Below are positions 19,073 through 28,282 of a DNA stretch of 53,177 nucleotides, piece after piece. Where the stretch lies: NCBI GenBank assembly GCA_024275655.1, contig JAJRYR010000040.1, positions 1 through 53,177 of the forward strand. Direction: 5' to 3'. The notes beneath the pieces were generated by a model, which searched no databases, had not been told where the DNA came from, and was given only the letters and a program-made list of their open reading frames with translations. The position numbers and the translations under genes are program-made. Every line of letters starts with the position of its first letter. Positions within the stretch are counted from its first letter, which is position 1. The DNA comes from an archaeon (lineage in GTDB: Archaea; B1Sed10-29; WALL01; WAMD01).

Positions 19073-20380
19073 ATGGATGAGAACAATGTAAAGGTCATCG
19101 TCCCTAAATCTGGAAAGTGTTCTTGGGGAAAATGCATATTTTGTGGCTACGGTAAAGAGGAACATCCAGTAAATGTGCAGGTGTTGAAAGCCTGGTTAGA
19201 TAGGCAACTCCTAGATTTCTCTGGAGACACATTAAAGGTCTACTGTTCTGGTTCCTTTCTGGACGACAACCAGTTCCCCCCAGAATTCAGGAGGTACCTG
19301 GTGGAAAAATGTAAGGAAAAGGGAATAAAGCACTTGGAGATAGAATCCAGGCCAGAGTTCATAACAGATGAAAAACTGAAGGAGTTCGAGGGTCTGGATC
19401 TAATGATAGGAATAGGCCTAGAGGTAGCAGACAACGACGCACTAAAGAGAATTGCAAAGGGTTTCACCGTAGAGGATTACATCAAAGCCGCAAACTTGAT
19501 TCATGAACACGGTTTCAAAGTAAAGACATACTTGCTGGTGAACCTCCCGATCCCAAATGCCAGGGAATTATTTCACAAGAGTGTTGAGTTTGCAAAGAAG
19601 TACTCTGACAAGATAGTAATAATGAATTTGCTACCACATGGAAGAACTCCAATGCTAGATATGTGGGCAAGAGGAGATTGGAAGCCATTGAGTAGAAAAG
19701 AGTTTGAGGGGTGGGTTAAGGATTATCTGGATGATCCGAAAATAGAGGTAGAATTTGAAACATTCAAGTTTGTCCCGAGCATTCCTCCAGAGAAAAGAGT
19801 TTATCTAAAGGGTGTTGGAAAAGAATTCGTAGATCACCCCTGGTACAACATATGGCAAGACTGGTTTGCTAGGATATACGAACCCCCAGCAGGCAGAGAT
19901 ATCGCTTTGTTCGTTCCCTGCTCATACACGAAACCATACTCCAGATCAAAGACACACAAGCTGATAGACAGGGCAATAAAAAGTAGTGGCAAGGAAAAAA
20001 GGGTGCATAAACTAGTCATATCCAGTCCGGGAGTAATCCCATTCGAGTTCAATGACCACTATCCCTTTAACGCATACGACTGGGACGAGAAGCTAGAAAC
20101 TCCAGAAATAATGAAATTCTATATAGAGAAAAATGCTGAGAGGATTGAAAACTACCTCAGAAATCACAAGAACCACTACAAATATTTTGTGGCATACTTC
20201 AGACTGGAAGCTGAGAGCTTGGAAGCCCTGAAAAGGGCTTGTGATAAGCTGGGGATAGAGCTAAAGTTAGGCTATGATCCAGAAACCTACAAGAAACTGG
20301 TGGAAGAAGGGGAAAAGAAACCTTTGTTCAGGGCGGAATTGTTAAACCAGCTGTCGGAGACTCTCAAGAATCTAGACTAG
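19073..20380 (+). CDS. Archaeosine radical SAM (RaSEA/TIGR01210-like) fused to ArcS-type DUF5591 domain
   Basis: CSWGKCIFCGY, SGSFLD, IESRPEF, IGLEVADN, KGFT; C-terminal LFVPCSYTKPYSRSKTH, ISSPGVIP, YDW. Confidence 0.85.
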   Translation: MDENNVKVIVPKSGKCSWGKCIFCGYGKEEHPVNVQVLKAWLDRQLLDFSGDTLKVYCSGSFLDDNQFPPEFRRYLVEKCKEKGIKHLEIESRPEFITDEKLKEFEGLDLMIGIGLEVADNDALKRIAKGFTVEDYIKAANLIHEHGFKVKTYLLVNLPIPNARELFHKSVEFAKKYSDKIVIMNLLPHGRTPMLDMWARGDWKPLSRKEFEGWVKDYLDDPKIEVEFETFKFVPSIPPEKRVYLKGVGKEFVDHPWYNIWQDWFARIYEPPAGRDIALFVPCSYTKPYSRSKTHKLIDRAIKSSGKEKRVHKLVISSPGVIPFEFNDHYPFNAYDWDEKLETPEIMKFYIEKNAERIENYLRNHKNHYKYFVAYFRLEAESLEALKRACDKLGIELKLGYDPETYKKLVEEGEKKPLFRAELLNQLSETLKNLD

Positions 20381-21217
20381 GCTAGCCAATGCTCTTCTCT
20401 CCTCCAATTTTCTCCAGGATTCTGTAAGTAAGAAGGAAACTGCTATCTTTGAAACATCCCAAAAGAACACTGCCAAGAATGCTGGGAACAGAGGTAGGCC
20501 GAATACTGCCAACAACACCTCTCCGAGAATCTCATTTTGACCAAATCCATAGAACACCGGTGATATCTTGGCTAGGAGGAGTATTATTGAAAACGGGAGA
20601 AAAAGATTTGCTGGGGAAATCCAGTAACCAAAGGAAAATAAGAACAACCAAACTGAGATAACATCCATCAACCAGCTAGATACATCCAGTAGTGTCAAGG
20701 AAAACGTCCTCCAACTGGCCAACCCGTGGAGGAAAGGCAACCTCTCCATGAATAAAAATAGGAATCCCAAAAGGACTATCCAGATACCTATGAAGAGTGA
20801 GGGGTTGGTTCTTCCAAATTGAACAAAAATCAAATAGAAAATAGATACAGCTGCTGCTGATAGTAAGATCAGGATCTCAAACAGTTTTGACGCTAGGAAA
20901 TACCCTGCGCCAATGGCCTTTCCTAGAGCATATCTCATGGGAGAAATAACCATTTGAAGAATGTTTGGCCCACCTACAGTAAGAACTGGCGAAGGAAGCA
21001 GATGACTGGATATCTCCAGGCTCTCCTGGGCGACAAACCTAACTAGAAGGTAACTCCTGTAACTCTTCAAAAAAGCGGAGAATCCAGCTGCCAGGAATGC
21101 AATCAATGCAAACTGCCATAGAAAACCAACACTAGCTGGAGACAATACAGCCAGAACAGTAGCCACCACCAAAAAGAATGCTGAAAGGAACAACCTCATG
21201 CCAAAATTACCTATCAT
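20372..21217 (-). CDS. Polytopic membrane protein (possibly UPF0104 flippase-like)
   Basis: About 7-8 hydrophobic segments; ISPVFYGFGQNE resembles the P.G.G..E motif. Confidence 0.6.
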   Translation of the reverse strand: MIGNFGMRLFLSAFFLVVATVLAVLSPASVGFLWQFALIAFLAAGFSAFLKSYRSYLLVRFVAQESLEISSHLLPSPVLTVGGPNILQMVISPMRYALGKAIGAGYFLASKLFEILILLSAAAVSIFYLIFVQFGRTNPSLFIGIWIVLLGFLFLFMERLPFLHGLASWRTFSLTLLDVSSWLMDVISVWLFLFSFGYWISPANLFLPFSIILLLAKISPVFYGFGQNEILGEVLLAVFGLPLFPAFLAVFFWDVSKIAVSFLLTESWRKLEERRALASLV

Positions 21218-21276
21218 GGGTTAAATTGTGAACAACCATTTATAAATCCTTGTCAATTAAACTAATCGGTGGTAAC

Positions 21277-21897
21277 GTGGGGCTGCTAGATTTGTTTAAA
21301 AAGAAAAAGGAAAAGTCTATGGAAAGACTAGGGTATGGAGTTAGGATAACCAAGCCCAGACTAGAGCGGACGTACCACCACGATGTTTTGGATGCCATTA
21401 GAAACAGCACACTGATAATCCCTAAGGAGAGCAGAAAGAAGATAAATAGATTGCTACAACATCAGCACATAATGACCTTCTTTATTCCTAGGGAAGAGTT
21501 AGAGGAAGATCTGAAGGTAGATCTATTAAAGGAAGAATTTGTTAAGAAAATTGAGCAAGCCCTCAATAGAAATGTCATCGTTGAGGATCTGCATGTGGGA
21601 CTGATACTCGCTTTTAACAGCAACCCAGAAGAAAAAGTGGAAGAACTAATGAAAAAAGTGAAAACTGCCCCATTAAAGGAAATCGAGAAACAAAACTTGA
21701 TTCGGTTCTTGAATAAACCAATGAACGAGACCATGGCCAAAAAACTGGTGGAAGTGCTTAGCAGGAGCAAGGCGGTTGGGAAAACTAGAAGGAAACTATT
21801 TGGAATCCTTGCAAGTGTTAGTACTAAAGCTAAAAAGGTCAAAGAGGGTGTGAGGGGCTGGGCCGTGAGGGTGCCCAGAAAACCAAAACCGGCCTAA
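21277..21897 (+). CDS. Hypothetical basic protein
   Basis: GTG start after GGTGG, TTTATAAA upstream; no family recognised. Confidence 0.7.
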   Translation: MGLLDLFKKKKEKSMERLGYGVRITKPRLERTYHHDVLDAIRNSTLIIPKESRKKINRLLQHQHIMTFFIPREELEEDLKVDLLKEEFVKKIEQALNRNVIVEDLHVGLILAFNSNPEEKVEELMKKVKTAPLKEIEKQNLIRFLNKPMNETMAKKLVEVLSRSKAVGKTRRKLFGILASVSTKAKKVKEGVRGWAVRVPRKPKPA

Positions 21898-21948
21898 ACT
21901 AGAAAAATAAACTTTAAAAACCAGCTTTTTTATAACTAGTCAGCTAAT

Positions 21949-22024
<76 letters not shown>

Positions 22025-22087
22025 TTGGGGCTTTATGCCTCAACCCCAACAACTTAACATACCTCACGTACTGGGGATAACTTGGGG

Positions 22088-22420
22088 ATGACCGTGATTA
22101 ATGGGAGAAAAATAATTACACTGTGTGGATCAACCCGGTTCAAAAAAGAGTTTGAAGAAGTAAACAAAAAATTGACTCTAGAAGGCAACATCGTCATAAG
22201 CGTTGGTGTCTTCGTTCATAACGAAGAAGAAAAGGAGGAATTGCTATCAAAAAAGAAACTGCTGGACGAAATCCACTTGGATAAGATAAGGTTGGCCGAT
22301 GAGATATTCGTGATCAACAAAGATGGATACATTGGGGAGTCAACGAAGAAAGAAATCGAATTTGCAAAAAAACTCGGAAAACCCATACGGTTCTTGGAAC
22401 CTGACAAAGCACCCCTCTAG
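22088..22420 (+). CDS. Nucleoside 2-deoxyribosyltransferase-like protein
   Basis: IITLCGSTRF, HLDKIRLADEIFVIN, GYIGESTKKEIEFAKKLGKPI. Confidence 0.75.
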   Translation: MTVINGRKIITLCGSTRFKKEFEEVNKKLTLEGNIVISVGVFVHNEEEKEELLSKKKLLDEIHLDKIRLADEIFVINKDGYIGESTKKEIEFAKKLGKPIRFLEPDKAPL

Positions 22421-22445
22421 CTCCAAATACTCTTACGACAGATGT

Positions 22446-22518
22446 GGGCCCGTAGCTCAGTTGGAAGAGTGCTCGCTTGGCGTGCGAGAGGTCCCGGGTT
22501 CGAATCCCGGCGGGTCCA
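22446..22518 (+). tRNA. tRNA-Ala(GGC)
   Basis: GGGCCCG/CGGGTCC with G3:U70; arm CTCGC-TT GGC GT-GCGAG; TTCGAAT. Confidence 0.97.
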
Positions 22519-22550
22519 CTATACACAAAGGATCAACTGGAGGTGTTAAC

Positions 22551-22664
22551 TTGGCAAGCGATGGAGAAAAGAGGAAAAAGAAAAGGCAGCAAAGGTGGAA
22601 ATGGAAGAAAAAGAAGAGAAGGAGAATGAAGAGACAGTTGAAGAGAAGAGCAGGTAAACTATAA
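22551..22664 (+). CDS. rpl41e: Ribosomal protein L41e (eL41/eS32), 37 aa
   Basis: GGAGGTG SD then TTG; MASDGEKRKKKRQQRWKWKKKKRRRMKRQLKRRAGKL contains the RWKW.KK..RR.KRQ pattern of archaeal L41e. Confidence 0.85.
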   Translation: MASDGEKRKKKRQQRWKWKKKKRRRMKRQLKRRAGKL

Positions 22665-22725
22665 TATCTAAACCCCACGAATCTTCGTTTTGCCTATTGC
22701 CAATCATATTTACTTAATTGTACGG

Positions 22726-22810
22726 GCGGGGGTGCCGGAGCCTGGCCAAACGGGCAGGATTGAGGGTCCTGTGGCGTAGGCCTGCGCGGGTTCAAATCCC
22801 GTCCCCCGCA
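22726..22810 (+). tRNA. tRNA-Leu(GAG)
   Basis: GCGGGGG/CCCCCGC, arm CAGGA-TT GAG GG-TCCTG, long variable arm, TTCAAAT. Confidence 0.97.
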
Positions 22811-22897
22811 TATGCCACTTCATGTGGCATCGGGGATGTGAATCCCCACATCGCCCGCAAGCCGGCGCAACGGCTTGTTTAAATCCCGTCCCCCGCA
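22790..22897 (+). repeat. att-like direct repeat of the tRNA-Leu 3' end flanking a three-hairpin insert
   Basis: GTTCAAATCCCGTCCCCCGCA (22790-22810) vs GTTTAAATCCCGTCCCCCGCA (22877-22897), 20/21 identical. Confidence 0.85.
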
Positions 22898-22952
22898 CTT
22901 GGCTTAGATAGCACAAAAATTTAAATATCCAGGGCCCAAAAAATAACACCGC

Positions 22953-23026
22953 GGGCCCGTAGTCTAGTTGGTTAGGACGCCACCTTGACGCGGTGGAGAT
23001 CCCCGGTTCGAATCCGGGCGGGCCCA
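22953..23026 (+). tRNA. tRNA-Val(GAC)
   Basis: GGGCCCG/CGGGCCC, arm CCACC-TT GAC GC-GGTGG, TTCGAAT; TTTAAATA at 22920-22927. Confidence 0.97.
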
Positions 23027-23028
23027 TC

Positions 23029-23053
23029 ATAAGGGCGCCACACCCGCCCTTAT
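23029..23053 (+). other. 9-bp hairpin in the tRNA-Val trailer
   Basis: ATAAGGGCG-ccacacc-CGCCCTTAT. Confidence 0.6.
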
Positions 23054-23114
23054 CAACCCATCCTAGCCAATCCAAGATAGAAAATTCTGAACAAATGTGT
23101 AAGAGGTGCAAAAG

Positions 23115-23270
23115 ATGGCAAAGGCAACATATCCAGAATTCGTCATGAAGAGGAGACTAGACAAGCAGATATGCATTAGCTGTAATGCTAGAAATCCCCC
23201 AAAGGCAACTAGATGTAGAAAGTGCGGATCAAAGGATCTAAGACCCAAGCACAAGGAGAAGAAGGCATGA
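23115..23270 (+). CDS. rpl40e: 50S ribosomal protein L40e
   Basis: [35 protein letters not shown]; below the ORF-track cutoff. Confidence 0.95.
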   Translation: MAKATYPEFVMKRRLDKQICISCNARNPPKATRCRKCGSKDLRPKHKEKKA

Positions 23271-24157
23271 AACCCGTAGAATCCTTGCTGGATCTAATTC
23301 TCCAAACCCTCTCCTCACTAGGATTTCAAACGTTCATCCCTATTGGTAAACGAAGCGCATTCGATATAGTGGCAAAAAAAGGCGACAAGCTAATTTTGAT
23401 AAAAGTTTTGAACAACGTAGATGGATTGAAGGAGCCCCAGGCAAAGATTCTAAAGAATCTAGCGGGAGAGCTAAACGCAAGCGCAATAGTGGTTGGGTTA
23501 AAAACGAAGGCCGGTCCGCTCTTGGATGGCGTGGTTTACGAGAGGTACGGTTTGTACGTGGTCACTCCAAAAACACTGGAGGATGCATTGCTAGGGGAAC
23601 TCCCAGAGCGAAAGTACTGGAAAGGCAAACTCATATCTAGAGTTAACACAACTAGCTTATCCAACCTCATAAACGAAAAAGACATTAACGAAATTGCCAA
23701 TATCTTGGGTGTCAGCAGGGAATCCATTTACTTGTATAAAACTGGAAAGATCAACATAGAATTCTCAAAGGCAGAAAAATTGAAATCGTTGTTCAACCTG
23801 CCCCTAGAAAAGTACAACATACTGGCTCCACCAACTCCTGAAAAATTGCCCTTAAGTGGGTACTTGAAGGATTTGGAGAGGCTCGGATTCGATGTCGTTC
23901 CAGTTCACAAAAGCTTTGATGCCATAGCAAAGGAAAGGGAAAGCTTGCTAGTGGCCAAGAAAAGCTGTCAAAGAGCCCCAGACCTAGAATACCTGAAAAA
24001 GGCAGGGGAATTCCTTCACAGCCATCCAATGCTGGTGTCAAATACGAAAGAGGAATGTATTCATGGTGTGCCGGTTGTTAGAGAAAAAGAAATAAAGGGG
24101 GCAAAGTCTGCCAAGGATATACTGAAACTGGTGAAGGAAAGGAAGGAAAAAGAATAA
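23267..24157 (+). CDS. Archaeal HTH transcriptional regulator (COG1395-like)
   Basis: [49 protein letters not shown] overlap with rpl40e. Confidence 0.88.
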   Translation: MKPVESLLDLILQTLSSLGFQTFIPIGKRSAFDIVAKKGDKLILIKVLNNVDGLKEPQAKILKNLAGELNASAIVVGLKTKAGPLLDGVVYERYGLYVVTPKTLEDALLGELPERKYWKGKLISRVNTTSLSNLINEKDINEIANILGVSRESIYLYKTGKINIEFSKAEKLKSLFNLPLEKYNILAPPTPEKLPLSGYLKDLERLGFDVVPVHKSFDAIAKERESLLVAKKSCQRAPDLEYLKKAGEFLHSHPMLVSNTKEECIHGVPVVREKEIKGAKSAKDILKLVKERKEKE

Positions 24158-24182
24158 AACCAAGCAGTCCCAGAATAACTTC

Positions 24183-25349
24183 ATGGACTGGTTCGATCTG
24201 GCATCCAAGACCAGGGAGATAGTTAAGAACTGGGGAGGGAAAGTTGTTCTGATTTTTCACAACGATGCGGATGGTCTAGCCTCTGGAACCCTGGCAAAAA
24301 TCAGCTTGGAAGCCATGGGAAAGGAACCAACAATGTACTGCATAGAAAAGATGTATCCAGAGATAGTTGAAAAGATACATGGACATCATGGAAATGCGTT
24401 GTTCATTTATGCAGACATAGGATCGGGAGAGATTGAACTCTTGGAAAGGGTGAATCAAGGCAGGGTAATCATTCTAGACCACCACAAAACAAAGCCACCG
24501 ACCACTGAAAAGATCATAAATCTAGATCCAGAACTGTTTGGGATGAACGGTGGGGAGGATGCCTGCGGTGCTACTCTCACCTACTTGTTCTTTAAAGAAT
24601 ACATCCCAAGAGAACACATAGACCTGGCACTGGTCGGGATGCAGGAAATTCCCGGAGAACCAAGGGGATTGAACGAGCTGGTGGTAAAGGAATACGGAAA
24701 AGATCCAAAGAAGAAGTTGGACAGGTTTGGAAAGATCCCTAAATCCGTTTCTAGAGATCTAACCATACTTGGAAGCGTTGGTTATTATCAAGAAGGAGTA
24801 AGACTAGGGTTAGAACTGGCTGAGAATGGATACACCAAGAACATAAAAGACAAAATAAAAGAGTTTGAGGACAGGAGAAAGGCAGTAGTGAGAGAACTCT
24901 TGTACTCCCTGAAACTAAAGGAAACAAAAAATGTTCAATGGTTCGATGCGGGGGATGCATTCAAGGGCATGGGAACGAAAACTATTGGAACCTTCTGCTC
25001 ATTTCTAGTTCACAAGAACATAGCCCCAAACAAAATCCTTTTGGGGTTCATGAATGTTGAAAGGAAAATCCCAAAGCTAAATGGGGTTGAGCTTGAATTG
25101 ATTGGGAACTACTCTAAAGTGTCTGCGAGGGCTCCAGATCTAGTGAAGGCCAGAATAACTGGTGGGGAGATTCCGGGACTAGGCCAGTTGCTAGCCAAGG
25201 CCTGTTCAGATCTTGGGGGGTTTGCCGATGGACACGATTTCGCAGCAAGTGGGATAATCCCAAGAGGAAAACAAGAGGCTCTGGTTCTAGAAATAGAAAG
25301 GGAACTTGGAGGAGAAGAACAAAAGGGATTGAGTGGTTGGATCAGCTAG
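24183..25349 (+). CDS. DHH family phosphoesterase (RecJ/GAN-like)
   Basis: HNDADG, ADIGSG, ILDHH, KVSAR, DHHA1-like DGHDFAASG. Confidence 0.88.
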   Translation: MDWFDLASKTREIVKNWGGKVVLIFHNDADGLASGTLAKISLEAMGKEPTMYCIEKMYPEIVEKIHGHHGNALFIYADIGSGEIELLERVNQGRVIILDHHKTKPPTTEKIINLDPELFGMNGGEDACGATLTYLFFKEYIPREHIDLALVGMQEIPGEPRGLNELVVKEYGKDPKKKLDRFGKIPKSVSRDLTILGSVGYYQEGVRLGLELAENGYTKNIKDKIKEFEDRRKAVVRELLYSLKLKETKNVQWFDAGDAFKGMGTKTIGTFCSFLVHKNIAPNKILLGFMNVERKIPKLNGVELELIGNYSKVSARAPDLVKARITGGEIPGLGQLLAKACSDLGGFADGHDFAASGIIPRGKQEALVLEIERELGGEEQKGLSGWIS

Positions 25350-25758
25350 CGGGCTTTAACTTGCCTTCCTTTGCCAGTATTTTAACTAATCGCTCTATAT
25401 GCCTTGGATTGCTGAATACCTCTTTTTCAATTACCTTTCTAAACTCCACAGGCCACTCCTTCATAAACTCTTTCCTCACAATCTTTTTCAGATCACTTAT
25501 TCTCACAACTCCTCCATTAGGGACATAGTGAGCATTCTTCCTTGAAAGCTCCTGATGGATTTTTAGAGCTTCCTTAATGGTCAACTTTCCTGATCTAAGA
25601 TCTTTAAGCAAGTTTGCGAATGCTCTCTCCTTGAACACATCTCCCCTCTTTTTTGCCTCATCAATCTTCCTTTTAATAAGTGCGTTGAGTTCTACTACAT
25701 CTCCTCCTTTTTTTAGGGCACCCTTCTTTTTTGCAGGTCCTATTCTAACTATGGGCAT
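25342..25758 (-). CDS. Hypothetical basic protein
   Basis: 138-aa ORF with GGTGG SD and TTTTTAAT upstream. Confidence 0.65.
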   Translation of the reverse strand: MPIVRIGPAKKKGALKKGGDVVELNALIKRKIDEAKKRGDVFKERAFANLLKDLRSGKLTIKEALKIHQELSRKNAHYVPNGGVVRISDLKKIVRKEFMKEWPVEFRKVIEKEVFSNPRHIERLVKILAKEGKLKPAS

Positions 25759-25811
25759 AAAACCACCAATAGAACTTTAGCTCTCCAGTATTAAAAAACC
25801 TTTCCAAGATG

Positions 25812-26504
25812 TTACCTCTGCTCTTCAAAAGCCTCCCAGAATTCTTGCCAGCTCATTTCCCCAGGTCTCTTTCCGTTCCAGAATTTTTTCCTCCTATGGG
25901 AGAACGCATTTTTCACAAACTCCTCAAACTCCGGATTGTGTGGGTTCCTCTTTCTGAACAGAACAATCCTAGATGCAACTGGTGGCTGTGGCTGGAAAGC
26001 AGATCTAGGGACCTTCCAATCCAGTATTGGTTCAGAATAAAACTGGGCTATCACCGAGACCACCCTGTAATGGTCCTGCCCAGGTTTGGCCACGAGTTTC
26101 TGTGCAAACTCCTCCTGGCAGATTATGACTCCCAGCTCAAAATCTGTTCTCAAGAGCTTTAGAGTGATTTCCCTGGAAAGGGAATAGGGAATGTTGGAAG
26201 CGAACTTGTTAAAGTGGAATTGTGAAAGATCAACATCCAAGGCATCTCCTAGAATGAGTTCAACGCCATCCAGCTCTCTAGTCAAGATGTTGTACAAAAG
26301 TCTATCCTTTTCAATTGCAATGACCTTTGCCTTCTTCACCAGCTCCCTAGTCAAAAAACCCAACCCAGGACCTATTTCCAAAACCGTGTCTCCTGGAACC
26401 AGTTCCAGAAGTGAGGCTTCCCTCTGCAAAATCTTCTCGTCCACCAAAAAATACTGATCCAAAGCTTTATTGGGCTTGATGGGATACTTAGATATGTCCA
26501 ACAT
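25812..26504 (-). CDS. ksgA: 16S rRNA dimethyladenosine transferase
   Basis: LDQYFLVD, VLEIGPGLGFLT, SNIPYS, QEEFA, FQPQPPVAS, FSHRRK. Confidence 0.95.
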   Translation of the reverse strand: MLDISKYPIKPNKALDQYFLVDEKILQREASLLELVPGDTVLEIGPGLGFLTRELVKKAKVIAIEKDRLLYNILTRELDGVELILGDALDVDLSQFHFNKFASNIPYSLSREITLKLLRTDFELGVIICQEEFAQKLVAKPGQDHYRVVSVIAQFYSEPILDWKVPRSAFQPQPPVASRIVLFRKRNPHNPEFEEFVKNAFSHRRKKFWNGKRPGEMSWQEFWEAFEEQR

Positions 26505-26505
26505 C

Positions 26506-27081
26506 TCAGAACCTTCTCTTTCTATGCCTTTCTCCTGCCTCAGGGGGCCTCACAAATATGTAGTACTTGGCCTCCCCTCTAAGTTCCTCAAGCACCTTCT
26601 CCTTTATCATCCTAACTGGGTCCGGAAGAAGCTTAACTCTGGAGGACAAGTCCTGGAAGCTCTCAAAGGGCTTCTTTTCCCTCTCTTCCAGTATCTCCTG
26701 CATATGCTTCTTCCCAATGCCTGGCAAAAGTTCTAGGGAGTGCATTCTAATGGTAACTGGCCCTGCCTTGTTGAAAAACTCGACAAACTTTTTCTCATTT
26801 TCAAGTATGATGGTCTCAATTGCCTTTTCCAATTCCTCTTGAGCAGTGTGAGTGAGCTTTGAATATGGAAGTCTACCCTTTATCCTCTCAATCTCTGGTC
26901 TCTTATCTGGACCAATATAAACCTTCTGCTGAAGAAGTAGATTGATACCTCTCCTAGGCACCAATTCAAGCAAGGTAAAATACCGAGTACCCAAAGCTTG
27001 CGCTATTGGTTCGTTCGAATATGAGTTCGGATATCCTGTTGGCAGGAAATCCAATACTATCGCGTAATCCTCCTTTGGCAT
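26506..27081 (-). CDS. DUF655 RNA-binding protein
   Basis: EDYAIVLDFLP, FTLLEL, RMHSLELLPGIGKK; conserved rpl21e-rpoF-DUF655-ksgA order. Confidence 0.93.
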   Translation of the reverse strand: MPKEDYAIVLDFLPTGYPNSYSNEPIAQALGTRYFTLLELVPRRGINLLLQQKVYIGPDKRPEIERIKGRLPYSKLTHTAQEELEKAIETIILENEKKFVEFFNKAGPVTIRMHSLELLPGIGKKHMQEILEEREKKPFESFQDLSSRVKLLPDPVRMIKEKVLEELRGEAKYYIFVRPPEAGERHRKRRF

Positions 27082-27101
27082 GATCCACCTCTCCTAAGGT
27101 T

Positions 27102-27431
27102 TTATAGGTACTCGGCAACAAGATCTGCCACCTGCTTGTACACGCTGGACTTTATGTCCTTAACGTCCTCCAGTATAACCTTAACATCCTCCTCGTCTTT
27201 TGGAAGATTGTTAACGATCATGACAGCATAATCCTCAGGGATACCAAGCTCAACCAGCTTGGCAGTTAACTCCCTAGCTTTCTGGACTCCCAGCTTTCCA
27301 AACTCCTTTGCATGCTCCAAAGCCCTTCTTTGCTCGTAGGTGAGCTCCTTCTCCTTCTCTACTTTTTTCAACAGGTTTGCAACTTCTGGGAGGGAAACTG
27401 GTTTCTCCTCCTTTACTTCCTTCCCAATCAT
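27102..27431 (-). CDS. rpoF: RNA polymerase subunit F (Rpo4)
   Basis: MIGKEVKEEKPVSL.EV, LTYEQRRALEHA..F; synteny. Confidence 0.92.
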   Translation of the reverse strand: MIGKEVKEEKPVSLPEVANLLKKVEKEKELTYEQRRALEHAKEFGKLGVQKARELTAKLVELGIPEDYAVMIVNNLPKDEEDVKVILEDVKDIKSSVYKQVADLVAEYL

Positions 27432-27727
27432 CTGCTCACCTCTACCCTCTTCAAATGCACAGGCGCAACAATCAATGTCTTCATCATTCCACCATCCCTA
27501 ACCTGAACCAAGTATGCCTCTCCCTGCTGACCAATAACCTTGCCTGTTCTCCCGTGGAACTTTGGATCTGGCATACCCTCATGAACGCTTGGGTCTATCT
27601 TTATTGCCACTGTCTCTCCAACATCAAACTTCTGAAGGAACTTTGTAACTGGTGGCATCCCCCTCTGCCTGGGAGACTTTCTAAGCTTCTTCCTTGTTCC
27701 TCTCCTGGAACCTCTGCTCTTCTTCAT
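27428..27727 (-). CDS. rpl21e: 50S ribosomal protein L21e
   Basis: SRGSRRGTRKKL, IDPSVHEGMP..KFHGRTG, PVHLK. Confidence 0.97.
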   Translation of the reverse strand: MKKSRGSRRGTRKKLRKSPRQRGMPPVTKFLQKFDVGETVAIKIDPSVHEGMPDPKFHGRTGKVIGQQGEAYLVQVRDGGMMKTLIVAPVHLKRVEVSR

Positions 27728-27887
27728 CTTCAACCCTCCTATATACTGTAGACTAGCACAAACCAATTCCTTGCAGGTTTATTTTGCTAAAACTTATTTA
27801 AAAACCTAGCCCCAAAGCCAAGAAAAGTAATCTATCCCCAGTTAAAACTGGAAAAAAGTTATTTAAACCCCAACACAAAATTAGCAC

Positions 27888-28220
27888 ATGGAAGACGACG
27901 AGATAGTTCACTTCATAATAATATTCTTCGCTCTGGGAGTGGTATTCAGGACATATTTCCCAGCATTATTTGACCTAGTTCTTCTCAGCATGGCTGTTGT
28001 GGGAACTGGCTACTTCGTCCTGGGCGTGGTCTCTAGAGTACTTTCTGGATTATCCGGCAAGAACTTCGTTTGGGCGAAGGACTGGTGGCACGGACTTGCC
28101 ATCTTGTTGATGGTTGGCCTGATCTTTGGTAGGATGGATCTAGCAGTTGGTACTGTAATGTGGGTTGTAAACGCTGCCTTGAGAGCAGTTCTCTGGGTCT
28201 TAACTGGTTTCGGGGGTTAA
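27888..28220 (+). CDS. Small hypothetical membrane protein
   Basis: Three to four hydrophobic segments; BRE/TATA at 27850-27867. Confidence 0.7.
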   Translation: MEDDEIVHFIIIFFALGVVFRTYFPALFDLVLLSMAVVGTGYFVLGVVSRVLSGLSGKNFVWAKDWWHGLAILLMVGLIFGRMDLAVGTVMWVVNAALRAVLWVLTGFGG

Positions 28221-28282
28221 CTGGAAAAGGTATTTAAATACCCTGGTTTATAAATAGCCTAGAAATTTCTGGGGTGGTTTAA

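Noticed and set aside
22323..22550. N-terminal part of the 113-aa ORF 22323-22664
   Set aside because: Runs through tRNA-Ala; only 22551-22664 (L41e, own SD) is credible
22314..23111. Minus-strand ORFs 22314-22526, 22457-22678 and 22710-23111
   Set aside because: Antisense translations of tRNA genes (GFEP motifs)
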